A stretch of 64,000 nt of DNA from Flavobacteriia bacterium (GTDB lineage: Bacteria > Bacteroidota > Bacteroidia > Flavobacteriales_D > Crocinitomicaceae). Below are positions 9,498-19,618 of the stretch, piece after piece. Made by a program: the position numbers and the translations under genes. Under the pieces are notes generated by a model. The model searched no databases, had not been told where the DNA came from, and saw only the letters and a list, made by a program, of their open reading frames with translations. How positions within the stretch are numbered: position 1 is the first letter of the stretch; each line of letters opens with the position of its first letter. The DNA lies in contig CANHVK010000003.1 in assembly GCA_947464135.1 (NCBI GenBank), positions 1,223-65,222 of the forward strand. The letters are read 5' to 3'.

Positions 9498-11987
9498 ATG
9501 CATATAAAACCATTTGATTTGGATGACACTATCCAAGAACTTAAAAGATACTTACCCACTCAAGGTCCGCTTAAAGATTATATTTTTCAAAACTCGTTGG
9601 CTTGCTTTCAAGATTTACCTTTTCATGAAGCAATGAAACGTTCATCTGAAATTTTTGGTTATAAAACATACTTAGATCTAAAAGATTTTAGAGCTTTATA
9701 TGAAAAGGGGGAAATAAGAAATGACATTCTTGATAAAGTAATATTAGAAAATAAAGATCAAGTTTCTTTTCAACATTGGAAAAACAAATTAATAGAACAC
9801 GATTATCAAATACGAATACTTTCTCGTGTTGGTGTACTTAGAGATAAATGGTCTAAATTTCTGAAGATAGATCTGGATAAATTTGTACATATCAATCTCT
9901 TTAGAATCATCGGAGCCTACCTTGATCAAGGGATATCTATTTGGAATTTTCCATCACACAAACAAGGATTAAGAGCTTCATTAGCTGATTTAGAAAAAAA
10001 TAGCTTTACAAGTTTCTTTCAAACCGAAAAAGCAAAGTCACTTTTATTAGATAAAAACATTGATATTAAATACTTACTCAGCATATTAGTTGGTAAGGAA
10101 GAACTTTATTTTCAATATCTTTTCGATCAACAATTTGCACATCCTGGTTGGTCTGGAATGATTGCTTATTTAGAAAATAATCCACATACTTTACTTGATA
10201 AACGTGCTGTTTCTTTAAAAGACTTTATCTTTTTAGAGTTGTTACTAGAAATTGATGTATTAGAACATCGGTACGCAGGAAAATGGACTCCGCTTGGAAT
10301 GCTTTCTAAAGTGGAACCTAAAAACTTATTTGCACCTACAAGACATCCTGAAATTACCGAAATTTTAAGAATGTGGCAAGAAGCATACGAATGGTCTTAT
10401 TATGATGATGTACTTCATCATTTAACTATTCAAGAAAACGTTCCTAATCAAGAAAATGCATCTTTTCAAGCACTTTTTTGTATTGACGATAGAGAGTGTT
10501 CGTTTAGAACCTATGTGGAACAAACGGATAAAAAAGCTGAAACTTATGGTACACCTGGTTTTTTCAATATAGAGTTTTATTATAAACCCGATGGTGGAAA
10601 ATTTCTAACCAAGTTGTGTCCTGCACCAATGCAACCTAACTATTTGATTTTAGAAAAATCAAATAAATTCAAGATTAAAAAAGAAGTTGGTTTTTCCAGT
10701 AAAAGTCATGGATTATTTGTAGGTTGGTTAGTTTCTCAAACTCTAGGTTTTTGGTCAGGATTTAAATTACTTCGTTATATCTTCAAACCTACTTATGGAA
10801 GTACTTCCGTAAGTTCATTTCAACACATGAGTGCTACCAGTTCACTCATTTATGAAAACGAAAATGGGGAAAAGGAACACGATTTGCAAGTAGGTTTTAC
10901 AGTGGAAGAAATGGCTTTACGTATCGAAGGATTATTAAAAAGTATTGGTTTAACTAGTCATTTTGCTGATCTAATTTACATTATTGGTCACGGATCAACA
11001 AGTGCAAACAATGCTTTTTATTCAACTATGGATTGTGGGGCTTGTTCTTGTAAACCAGGGTCTGTAAATGCTAGACTAGCTGCTTTGATGGCTAATAGAG
11101 AAGATGTTAGGAAAATATTAGCAGAACGTGGATTATATATCCCAGAAAAAACACAATTTGTTGGTGTTCTTCACGATACAGCCCAAGATTTAATGGTGTA
11201 TTACGATATTGCAACTCTTTCAGAAGAAAATAGACCAAAACACTTAATTCATCAGGAAACGTTTGAGAAAGCTTTAAAATTAAATGCTAAAGAACGCTCA
11301 AGACGGTTTATGTCTGTTGATACTACACAGTCACTCGAAAAGATTCATCAAGCGGTACAAAGTCGTTCATTTTCATTATTCGAGCCACGTCCAGAACTTG
11401 ATCATGCAACCAATTCATTGTGTGTGATAGGTGGAAGATGGTTAACCAAAAATGTATTTTTAGATAGACGAGCTTTTTTAAATTCCTATGATTATCAACA
11501 AGATTTAGATGGTCAATTGTTATTGGGTATTCTAAAAGCAGCTACCCCTGTTTGTGGAGGAATCAATTTAGCCTATTACTTTGCAAAAGTAGATAATCAA
11601 AAATTTGGTTCTGGTTCTAAACTACCGCATAACATTGTCGGATTGTTTGGTGTTGCGAATGGCATTGAAGGAGATATTAGACCAGGATTGCCAAAACAAA
11701 TGGTAGAAGTGCACGACCCTATTCGATTAATGACAATCATAGAACATTATCCTGAAGTGGTAAAGCGAATATTAGAAACTGCTCCAGCAACATACGAATG
11801 GTATATGAATGATTGGATGAAATTAGTTGCTATTCATCCAGAAACAAAACAAGCATTTGTATTAAAAAATGGTGACTTTGAATTATATAAACCTTTAAAA
11901 AAGCACACAAAATCCATTGCTGATTTGCAAAAACTTGTTGAAAGTTCGCATGAAAACATTTCTACTCACCAAATAATAAGTGCATAG
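9498..11987 (+). CDS. dabA: DUF2309/UPF0753 protein, DabA-like inorganic-carbon pump subunit
   Basis: N-terminus LPTQGPLKDYIFQNSL. FCIDDRE (C-x-D) and GHGSTSANNAFYSTMDCGAC (H-x14-C) resemble the beta-carbonic-anhydrase-like Zn site. 829 aa. The next gene is NuoL/MrpA-like and starts 2 nt later. Confidence 0.85.
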   Translation: MHIKPFDLDDTIQELKRYLPTQGPLKDYIFQNSLACFQDLPFHEAMKRSSEIFGYKTYLDLKDFRALYEKGEIRNDILDKVILENKDQVSFQHWKNKLIEHDYQIRILSRVGVLRDKWSKFLKIDLDKFVHINLFRIIGAYLDQGISIWNFPSHKQGLRASLADLEKNSFTSFFQTEKAKSLLLDKNIDIKYLLSILVGKEELYFQYLFDQQFAHPGWSGMIAYLENNPHTLLDKRAVSLKDFIFLELLLEIDVLEHRYAGKWTPLGMLSKVEPKNLFAPTRHPEITEILRMWQEAYEWSYYDDVLHHLTIQENVPNQENASFQALFCIDDRECSFRTYVEQTDKKAETYGTPGFFNIEFYYKPDGGKFLTKLCPAPMQPNYLILEKSNKFKIKKEVGFSSKSHGLFVGWLVSQTLGFWSGFKLLRYIFKPTYGSTSVSSFQHMSATSSLIYENENGEKEHDLQVGFTVEEMALRIEGLLKSIGLTSHFADLIYIIGHGSTSANNAFYSTMDCGACSCKPGSVNARLAALMANREDVRKILAERGLYIPEKTQFVGVLHDTAQDLMVYYDIATLSEENRPKHLIHQETFEKALKLNAKERSRRFMSVDTTQSLEKIHQAVQSRSFSLFEPRPELDHATNSLCVIGGRWLTKNVFLDRRAFLNSYDYQQDLDGQLLLGILKAATPVCGGINLAYYFAKVDNQKFGSGSKLPHNIVGLFGVANGIEGDIRPGLPKQMVEVHDPIRLMTIIEHYPEVVKRILETAPATYEWYMNDWMKLVAIHPETKQAFVLKNGDFELYKPLKKHTKSIADLQKLVESSHENISTHQIISA

Positions 11988-11989
11988 CT

Positions 11990-13858
11990 ATGGAACTCTT
12001 TTTACACTACTTCTTGCTAATACCATTTATTGGATATGTGATTAGTTTGCTCATTTCATCAAAAAATGAATTTGCTATTTCAAGGTTGGCTTTTATCACT
12101 TTAAGTTTACAATTAATATTCGCTATTGGATTCACTATAAAATGGATAACGATAGGAATGCCAAGCATCAACTTAAAAGATTTCTCTCTTTATCAAGTGG
12201 ATGATTATGATTTCTTTATTGATCTCTATTTTGACCATGTTTCAGCAGTATTTTTAGTTTTAGGTGCATTCCTTACTTTCTTGATTACCTATTACAGTAG
12301 GTTTTATATGCATCGAGAGCAAGGGTTCAAACGATTTTTTAATACCATTTTGTTATTCTATTTAGGATATAACATCATTATTTTATCTGGAAACTTTGAA
12401 ACCTTATTTATTGGTTGGGAATTTTTAGGTATTTCATCCTTTTTACTCATCGCTTTTTACCGAGATAGATACCTTCCCGTTAAGAATGCAGTAAAAATAT
12501 TCTCATTGTACAGAATAGGAGATATTGGATTGATTTTGGCAATGTGGTTGAGTCATCATTTATTTCACGAAAACGTGACATTCGGTAGAATGCACAATGC
12601 TGATTTAGTGAGTCATTTACTGCAAAAACACAGCTGGGAAGGATTTTTTATTTCCTTTATGATTTTGATTGCAGCCCTAGTGAAATCTGCTCAATTGCCA
12701 TTTTCATCTTGGTTACCAAGAGCCATGGAAGGTCCTACCCCATCAAGTGCGATTTTTTATGGTTCGTTATCGGTACACATCGGGGCCTTTCTTTTGTTAA
12801 GGACACATCCGTTTTGGGAACATCAAATCTCTGTAAGAATACTTATTGGAATAATTGGGGTATCTACGTGTATAGTAGCTAGTTTGATGGCACGTGTACA
12901 AACTTCTGTAAAAAGCCAAATCGCCTATTCATCGATTGCACAAATTGGTTTGATTTTTATGGAAATTGTTGCTGGATGGGATGATTTAGCAATCTATCAT
13001 ATCTGCGGAAATGCATTATTAAGAACCTATCAATTGTTGGTTTCTCCATCAATAGCAAGTTACAGAATTAAAGAACAATTATATCATTTCGAGCCGAGAG
13101 AGAAAACTTTAGAAGATAGTTTGCCAAAAAAACTTGAATATTCCTTTTACATTTTAAGTTTAAAAGAATGGAATTTAGAAACAATTATTTACCAAGTTTT
13201 TTTAGCTCCATTACAACGATTTGCTAAAAGATTTAGATTATTCCAAATGAATATTGGAATCATCTTATTTGCGGTCATCTTTATTGCTGGGTTAATTTTA
13301 CTATCATTTAAGAACGATCTTCCGCATTTTTGGAAAAATTACCTTCCTGGATTTTATGCTTTTGTCGGCCTTTTAATGGTCATAAAAGCATTTACAGAAC
13401 GAAGAAATGTACTTATGAGTTGGTTTATGGTAATGATGAATCATTTTTGGATAGCATTAGCTATTTCTATCAATGTTCATATTCATTATTCAACATTGGC
13501 AATGTATTTAACCGGTGTAATCATATCAGGAATAATTGGATATTTTTCTATCCAAAAGCTAAAAAACATTGAAAAAAGAATCACATTAGCACGATTTCAA
13601 GGACATTCATTCGAGCATCCACGGATAGCATTTATTTTTTTACTAGCTTGCTTAGGAATGGCTGGATTTCCAATAACACCAACAATGATAGGGGAAGACT
13701 TAATTTTTTCCGCAGTAAGAGAAGACCAATACTTTTTAGCGTTTTTTCTTTCCATTAGTTTGATTGTAGATGGATTGGCTTTGGTAAGAATGTATGCACG
13801 TTTATTTTTAGGACCACATGTTAAAACATATCATTCAATTGCACACAAATCGAGCTGA
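11990..13858 (+). CDS. dabB: proton-conducting NuoL/MrpA-family membrane subunit, DabB-like
   Basis: Polytopic. GWEFLGISSFLLIAFY parallels GWEGVGLASYLLIGFW of nuoL in this window. Tightly coupled to dabA. Confidence 0.85.
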   Translation: MELFLHYFLLIPFIGYVISLLISSKNEFAISRLAFITLSLQLIFAIGFTIKWITIGMPSINLKDFSLYQVDDYDFFIDLYFDHVSAVFLVLGAFLTFLITYYSRFYMHREQGFKRFFNTILLFYLGYNIIILSGNFETLFIGWEFLGISSFLLIAFYRDRYLPVKNAVKIFSLYRIGDIGLILAMWLSHHLFHENVTFGRMHNADLVSHLLQKHSWEGFFISFMILIAALVKSAQLPFSSWLPRAMEGPTPSSAIFYGSLSVHIGAFLLLRTHPFWEHQISVRILIGIIGVSTCIVASLMARVQTSVKSQIAYSSIAQIGLIFMEIVAGWDDLAIYHICGNALLRTYQLLVSPSIASYRIKEQLYHFEPREKTLEDSLPKKLEYSFYILSLKEWNLETIIYQVFLAPLQRFAKRFRLFQMNIGIILFAVIFIAGLILLSFKNDLPHFWKNYLPGFYAFVGLLMVIKAFTERRNVLMSWFMVMMNHFWIALAISINVHIHYSTLAMYLTGVIISGIIGYFSIQKLKNIEKRITLARFQGHSFEHPRIAFIFLLACLGMAGFPITPTMIGEDLIFSAVREDQYFLAFFLSISLIVDGLALVRMYARLFLGPHVKTYHSIAHKSS

Positions 13859-13868
13859 CTTCGACTAC

Positions 13869-13942
13869 GCTCAGTCTGACACTCGATATAAAAGTCAGGC
13901 TGAGCTAAAATAGGATTAATAAAATGAAAAGTCAGGCTGAGC
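13869..13942. repeat. GTCAGGCTGAGC repeat/hairpin in dabB-sulP spacer
   Basis: GCTCAGTCTGAC (13869-13880) is inverted relative to GTCAGGCTGAGC (13894-13905). A second direct copy of AAAAGTCAGGCTGAGC ends at 13942. Confidence 0.7.
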
Positions 13943-14002
13943 GACTTGTATTGAGCATGTCGAAATAAGTCGAAGCCGACTTTAAAATAAAAAATAAAGA
14001 AT

Positions 14003-15631
14003 ATGAAAACAGAAAACAAAACAAATATCCCTAAAGACGGATTGGCTGGACTGAAAGAGAATTTCAGTGCAGATGCTTTGTCTGGATTTTTAGTGTTTTT
14101 ATTAGCTCTACCTTTGAGTTTGGGTATTGCGAAAGCAAGTGAATTCCCGGCAATTTTTGGTTTGATCACTGCCATGGTTGGTGGTGTCATCGTTAGTTTT
14201 TTTGCTGGTTCAAAACTAACCATCAAAGGTCCAGCAGCCGGATTAATCGTGATTGTAGCAGGTGCGGTTACCGAATTTGGTGGAGGAGAACAGGGTTGGA
14301 AATTAGCGCTGGGAACTATTGTTGTAGCTGGGATAATTCAAGTACTCTTTGGATTGTTAAAATTTGGAAAATTAAGTGATTTCTTTCCTTTATCTGCAGT
14401 ACATGGTATGTTAGCAGCGATTGGAATCATCATTTTAAGTAAACAAATTCATATTCTAGCAGGGGTAAATCCAACAAGGCCAGATGGAAAATCGATGGTC
14501 GAACCGTTGGAATTATTAGAATTAATCCCATCTACTTTGAGCCATTTTTTCGAACATAAAGAAGTCGCAATTATTGGAATCATAAGTTTAATCATCGTAT
14601 TTGGATGGCCATTATTAAAAATTGGAGTTTTAAAGAAAATTCCCGCACCGCTTGTAGTTTTAACAGTATCAATTCCGTTAGCTATGGCATTAGGAATGCA
14701 TAACATACCTGAACATATCGAAAATGGAGTGACTATAAAAGCCTTTAATCCGTTAGTTAACTTTGAGAAAGGATTTTTCGACATTCTTGGAGTTAATGTC
14801 AGTTTTGACGGTTGGTCTCAAACAGGGACTTTTATTAAGTATGTGATTATGTTTGCTTTGGTAGGTAGCTTAGAAGCATTACTTACTGATAAAGCGATTG
14901 ATATGCAAGATCCTTATAAACGTAAGTCTAATATGAATAAAGACTTAATTGCTGTCGGAATTGGAAACATCGTTGCAGGGATTTTAGGCGGTCTTCCAAT
15001 GATTAGTGAAGTTGCACGTTCATCAGCAAATATTGCAAATGGAGGAAAAACACGTTGGGCGAATTTCTTTCACGGAATTTTTATTTTACTCTTTATGATT
15101 TTTGCTGTTAGTTTTAGTAATTATATTCCAAATGCGGCATTGGCTGCCATGCTCATTGGAGTAGGTTATAAATTAGCTCACCCTAAATCCTTTGGACATA
15201 TTGCAAAAATTGGTACAGAGCAAATGGCGATTTTCATCGTAACCATTTTTGTTACCCTTTCTACGGATATTTTAATTGGAATTATTGCAGGTATCGTTCT
15301 AAAATTAATTATTCATTTGTATCACGGTTCACCTATCAAACACTTGTTTAATGCTAAAACAGTTGTTGAAGATAACACGATAAAAGTGAAAGGTTGTGCC
15401 GTATTTAGTAACTACATTGGTATTAAAAAGGCGATAGACTCCTTCAAAAGAACAGAACATGTCATTTTTGATGTGAGTACTTGTAAAATAGTGGACCATA
15501 CAGTAATTGAAAATTTACACCATATCAAGGAAGATTTTGAAGACGAAGGAGGTTCGTTTACCATTTATGGACTCGAAGAATTTACACCTTTATCTAAATC
15601 GAATCATCAATTTTCAGCAATGAAAAAATAA
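14003..15631 (+). CDS. SulP-family anion transporter with C-terminal STAS domain (possible bicarbonate transporter)
   Basis: N-terminal motif GFLVFLLALPLSLGIAKASEFP, about 10-12 TM segments, soluble C-terminal STAS-like domain. Confidence 0.85.
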   Translation: MKTENKTNIPKDGLAGLKENFSADALSGFLVFLLALPLSLGIAKASEFPAIFGLITAMVGGVIVSFFAGSKLTIKGPAAGLIVIVAGAVTEFGGGEQGWKLALGTIVVAGIIQVLFGLLKFGKLSDFFPLSAVHGMLAAIGIIILSKQIHILAGVNPTRPDGKSMVEPLELLELIPSTLSHFFEHKEVAIIGIISLIIVFGWPLLKIGVLKKIPAPLVVLTVSIPLAMALGMHNIPEHIENGVTIKAFNPLVNFEKGFFDILGVNVSFDGWSQTGTFIKYVIMFALVGSLEALLTDKAIDMQDPYKRKSNMNKDLIAVGIGNIVAGILGGLPMISEVARSSANIANGGKTRWANFFHGIFILLFMIFAVSFSNYIPNAALAAMLIGVGYKLAHPKSFGHIAKIGTEQMAIFIVTIFVTLSTDILIGIIAGIVLKLIIHLYHGSPIKHLFNAKTVVEDNTIKVKGCAVFSNYIGIKKAIDSFKRTEHVIFDVSTCKIVDHTVIENLHHIKEDFEDEGGSFTIYGLEEFTPLSKSNHQFSAMKK

Positions 15632-15672
15632 ACAGTTAAAGCAGTTGATTATCAATTATCTTAAAAGATTAC

Positions 15673-16440
15673 ATGAAAAATTTTGTCTTTATTTCAATCT
15701 GTTTGATTTTAACAATTGGAACTTTTGCTCAAAAGCAAATTTCGGATCAACAACATGCGTGGGTAACCTACCAAGGAAATCATAAGCTATCACCAAAAAT
15801 TGGTTTACATACAGAATATCAATGGCGTAGATCCGATTACTTTCAACATTGGCAACAATCACTTTTACGTGTTGGAATTGATTATCACATACATCAAAAT
15901 GCATTTATTTCAGCGGGATATGGTCATATTATCACCTATGAATATGGAAATATGCCAGTTAACCATCAATTTAATGAGCACCGTATTTGGGAACAATTCA
16001 ACCAAAAAAACACATTAGGTCGTTTTGAAATTCAACATCGATATCGATTAGAACAACGTTTTTTAGACAATTATATAAAGCAAGGAACTGTTTATGAACG
16101 TGCAGGAACAAATTTCAGAAATCGCATCCGTTATCGTTTTATGGCTATCCTACCATTAAATCATAAAACTATGGAAAATAATACATTATTCCTTAATATG
16201 AATGATGAAGTTTTTCTTGGATTTGGAGAAGGCATTGGAACAAATATTTTAGACCAAAATCGTTTACAAATTGCCCTTGGATATCGTTTTAATGCAAACT
16301 TTACTATTCAAGCAGGTTATTTAAACCAATATGTAGTTAAAAATGCAAAAGTGTTAGCTGGTAATATTCTAGATCAAGCAGAAAACAACCATACATTTAC
16401 GATTGGGTTGACTTATAATTTGGATTTTAGGAAGGAGTAA
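15673..16440 (+). CDS. DUF2490-like putative outer-membrane protein
   Basis: Signal peptide. Motifs HTEYQWR, NEHRIWEQF and FEIQHRYRLEQRF match my recollection of DUF2490. Confidence 0.6.
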   Translation: MKNFVFISICLILTIGTFAQKQISDQQHAWVTYQGNHKLSPKIGLHTEYQWRRSDYFQHWQQSLLRVGIDYHIHQNAFISAGYGHIITYEYGNMPVNHQFNEHRIWEQFNQKNTLGRFEIQHRYRLEQRFLDNYIKQGTVYERAGTNFRNRIRYRFMAILPLNHKTMENNTLFLNMNDEVFLGFGEGIGTNILDQNRLQIALGYRFNANFTIQAGYLNQYVVKNAKVLAGNILDQAENNHTFTIGLTYNLDFRKE

Positions 16441-16536
16441 TTTTTCAAGAACATCAAAGTTGATATTTTTTACGAATAACAGAACAAAAACTATAAATAA
16501 TCACTACATTCATACCTCATTTAAATAGGTCAAACT

Positions 16537-17823
16537 ATGGAATTATCTGTTCCTAAAAGTAGTTTGGAGAAAGTTGTTATACTGGGCGGTGGATTTGCAG
16601 GTATTGAGTTAGCAAAGAAACTTTCTTCCAAAAAATATCAAGTCGTTCTAATCGACAAAAATAATTATCATCAATTTCAACCCTTATTTTATCAAGTTGC
16701 CACTGCAGGTCTCGAGCCAAGTGCTATTTCGTTTCCCTTTCGAAAATTATTTCAAAAGAATAAAAATGTTCATTTTCGAATGGCTAAAATAGACGGTGTA
16801 GATATTGCAAACCAGGAAGTACATACCGATATTGGCTCTATTAAATATGATAAATTAGTGATCGCAATTGGTGCAACAACTAACTTTTATGGAAATGCAG
16901 AAATTGAAAAAAATGTACTGCCAATAAAATCTACATCAGAAGCACTTGCTGTACGTAATTCATTATTTCAAACACTGGAACAGGCTTTAACTGAAACCAA
17001 CAGAGATAAAAGAAAAACATTATTGACCATTGCGATTGTTGGTGGTGGTCCAACCGGTGTAGAAGTATCTGGTTCACTTGCTGATATGCGTAGATTAATT
17101 TTCCCTAAGGATTATCCAGAATTAGATTTTACTGAAATGGACATTTACCTCATCGATGGTGGGGATCGTTTACTTGGAGGGATGAAAGAACACGCATCGA
17201 CAAAATCAAAAGAATACTTAGAAAAATTAGGCATTAAACTCATACAACAATGTCATGTTACAAGTTATGATGGGGAAAAATTAGTGTTAAGTAATGGTAA
17301 AACTATTCTATGCCATACCGTTATATGGGGAGCAGGAGTAAAACCAAACACAATAAAAGGATTAGATCAAGATAGTATACTCCCAAATGGAAGAATGAAA
17401 GTCAATGCATTTAACCAATTAGAAAACGAAACTTCGATATTTGCATTAGGGGATGTAGCCCTGATGGAAGGGGATGAATTATTTCCAAAAGGACATCCAC
17501 AAGTAGCACAAGTAGCCATTCAACAAGCAACATTGTTGGCAAAAAATTTGAATAAAAAACATCCTTCTGAATGGAAGAAATTCACCTATAAAGACCTTGG
17601 CTCAATGGCAACTGTAGGTCGAAATTTAGCGGTAGTTGAATTTCCAAAAATGAAATTTGCCGGATTCTTTGCTTGGTGTATTTGGATGTTTGTGCATTTA
17701 ATTTCCCTTATTGGAACTAAAAATAAAATACAAACTTTTCTCAATTGGGTTTGGAATTATTTCACTTATGATCAATCTTTACGTTTAATAATTTCTCCAA
17801 AACAAAAGGAGAAAAAAGAATAA
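16537..17823 (+). CDS. ndh: type II NADH:quinone oxidoreductase (NDH-2)
   Basis: Two dinucleotide folds, GGGFAG and GGGPTGVE. C-terminal membrane-anchoring helix. 428 aa. Confidence 0.85.
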   Translation: MELSVPKSSLEKVVILGGGFAGIELAKKLSSKKYQVVLIDKNNYHQFQPLFYQVATAGLEPSAISFPFRKLFQKNKNVHFRMAKIDGVDIANQEVHTDIGSIKYDKLVIAIGATTNFYGNAEIEKNVLPIKSTSEALAVRNSLFQTLEQALTETNRDKRKTLLTIAIVGGGPTGVEVSGSLADMRRLIFPKDYPELDFTEMDIYLIDGGDRLLGGMKEHASTKSKEYLEKLGIKLIQQCHVTSYDGEKLVLSNGKTILCHTVIWGAGVKPNTIKGLDQDSILPNGRMKVNAFNQLENETSIFALGDVALMEGDELFPKGHPQVAQVAIQQATLLAKNLNKKHPSEWKKFTYKDLGSMATVGRNLAVVEFPKMKFAGFFAWCIWMFVHLISLIGTKNKIQTFLNWVWNYFTYDQSLRLIISPKQKEKKE

Positions 17824-17861
17824 TATTAGTTTCAGAAACAAAAAACCATATTTAAAAAGAT

Positions 17862-19343
17862 CTAAGGTTTATAGATTGCATAATCTTCATTATTAAAAAT
17901 TCGAGTGTAAACTGGTAATTCCAAATTACTACCAAAACTTCTTTTTAATATCACAATATATTTTAATCCCTTGGATTTAACTTTTGAAATATACTCTCGG
18001 TTTGCTATTGAATCATTACAAGTTACCCAACCTTTACGATGTGCAAAATACATGGGAGTAGGATAGTCACCACTATTGATTACAATTAAATCTTTTCGCG
18101 GAGAAAATGAATCCAATGTCTTTTCAAGGGTTAAAATTTGAGCATCATTTTCATGAATGATAAAATCGTGAAATTGATTTCCTATTCCCTCAATACAAAT
18201 AATAATTAAAACAAAATTTTTAAGTCTATTTAGTTTAATTTGGTCAATACCGTAACCAGCCATCAATGCCATAATTGGAACAAATGGAATAATATAATAA
18301 CTATGCTGTGCAAACGTAAATCCAGACTTTAAAACGATAATACAAAAAACCAAAAAACTCAAAATAAAAATCTTTTGTAGCTTTTTTTCCTTTTTAATAA
18401 ACGTATAAACTAAACCAACTAAGAAAAAGAAAAAACCTATAAACTTAATGGCAGTATCATAGAATTTTTTACTGGAATCTTTAAAGTAATGAAGAATTTC
18501 GTGCATTCCATCAAACATACTTTTACCCATAAAAAAATGCCAAAAACCAAAACGTTCAACCAAAAAGGGAACCCAATTAAAATACCACCAAAACACGGGT
18601 ACTAATAACACAATACTAACAAAGCAAAAAATCAATTTACGTTTCATCACTATTTCTTTATCAAATAATAAAAAAAGAAAAAGTGATAATAAATATCCTG
18701 TTGGTAATTTAGATAATACACCAATTAAAACAAAAATAAAATACCACACTAATTGAATATTTATTCTTTTTAAATTATTATTTTTTAAATAATTAAACCC
18801 ATAATATATCCCCATAATAATCAAAGACATAGCAAAAGTATCAGGCATACTTTTTCGAGAAAACTGAAACCAAATAGAGACTATTAATATAATAGATGCA
18901 TTAAAAGATATAGATGCTGAAAAATATTGTTTAACTAATTTATAAAAGTAAAAAATTCCTATACTTGATATTAACAAATTGATTAACCTACCATACCAAT
19001 GCTGGTATCCAAAAATTTTTGAAAATAAAAATATCAAGTAATTTAATATAGGAAACTCCATACCTGTAATACCTGATTTTTCTCCTGCTATATCTATTCT
19101 TGGATATAAAATATTATTATCTGCTTCAAGAAAATTTCTTGCAACCATTGTTACCGTTGTTTGTCTCCAATTATGGGCAACCTCCAAGGGTGGATTTGTA
19201 ATTCCTATAAGTCGAATTATAAAAAAGAAAACTATCCAAAAACGAATGTCCTTGAAAGAAAAATATAGCTTCATAATTGTAAATATATAGATAATAAATT
19301 GGCTAATGTAAACAAAAATGGATTCATTTAAAGCCATAATCAA
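17862..19343 (-). CDS. GT-C fold (ArnT/PMT, family 39-like) membrane glycosyltransferase; start uncertain
   Basis: More than 10 TM segments, very AT-rich. N-terminal loop pattern and size resemble dolichyl-phosphate-mannose/ArnT-type transferases. Assignment by architecture only. Confidence 0.5.
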   Translation of the reverse strand: MIMALNESIFVYISQFIIYIFTIMKLYFSFKDIRFWIVFFFIIRLIGITNPPLEVAHNWRQTTVTMVARNFLEADNNILYPRIDIAGEKSGITGMEFPILNYLIFLFSKIFGYQHWYGRLINLLISSIGIFYFYKLVKQYFSASISFNASIILIVSIWFQFSRKSMPDTFAMSLIIMGIYYGFNYLKNNNLKRINIQLVWYFIFVLIGVLSKLPTGYLLSLFLFLLFDKEIVMKRKLIFCFVSIVLLVPVFWWYFNWVPFLVERFGFWHFFMGKSMFDGMHEILHYFKDSSKKFYDTAIKFIGFFFFLVGLVYTFIKKEKKLQKIFILSFLVFCIIVLKSGFTFAQHSYYIIPFVPIMALMAGYGIDQIKLNRLKNFVLIIICIEGIGNQFHDFIIHENDAQILTLEKTLDSFSPRKDLIVINSGDYPTPMYFAHRKGWVTCNDSIANREYISKVKSKGLKYIVILKRSFGSNLELPVYTRIFNNEDYAIYKP

Positions 19344-19500
19344 TCCTATTTTAAAACAAAATATTACTAATTTTTAAAAAATAAAAACAACTGAAATTTT
19401 CAAAATTGATTAAATATTAGTCAAAAAATCAGTTCAAATTTACACTAATTTTTTCTTTTTAAAATCTCATTTTTATAGTAGATTAGAATTGGTTTTTAAC

Positions 19501-19532
19501 TTCCTCCCTTGAGGGAGGATTAAGGTGGGTGA
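19501..19532. repeat. GC-rich palindromic element, single arm
   Basis: TTCCTCCCTTGAGGGAGGATTAAGGTGGGTGA. Confidence 0.85.
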
Positions 19533-19618
19533 CATAATAAAAACCTAAAGAAAAATTGTAAATTTAATTGACCCTCATCACTTGAAACTAATTTCATAAA
19601 ATCACGTTTAATTATGTA

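Noticed and set aside
13831-14226. 131-aa minus-strand ORF spanning the dabB-sulP spacer
   Set aside because: It overlaps the SulP N-terminus in antisense and reads through the GTCAGGCTGAGC repeats. Its apparent coding potential comes from the repeat and from the antisense frame.
17824-17861. GTTTCAGAAAC between the convergent ndh and glycosyltransferase genes, considered as a terminator
   Set aside because: The stem would enclose a 1-nt loop, which is sterically impossible, and no adjacent T-run lies on the relevant strands.
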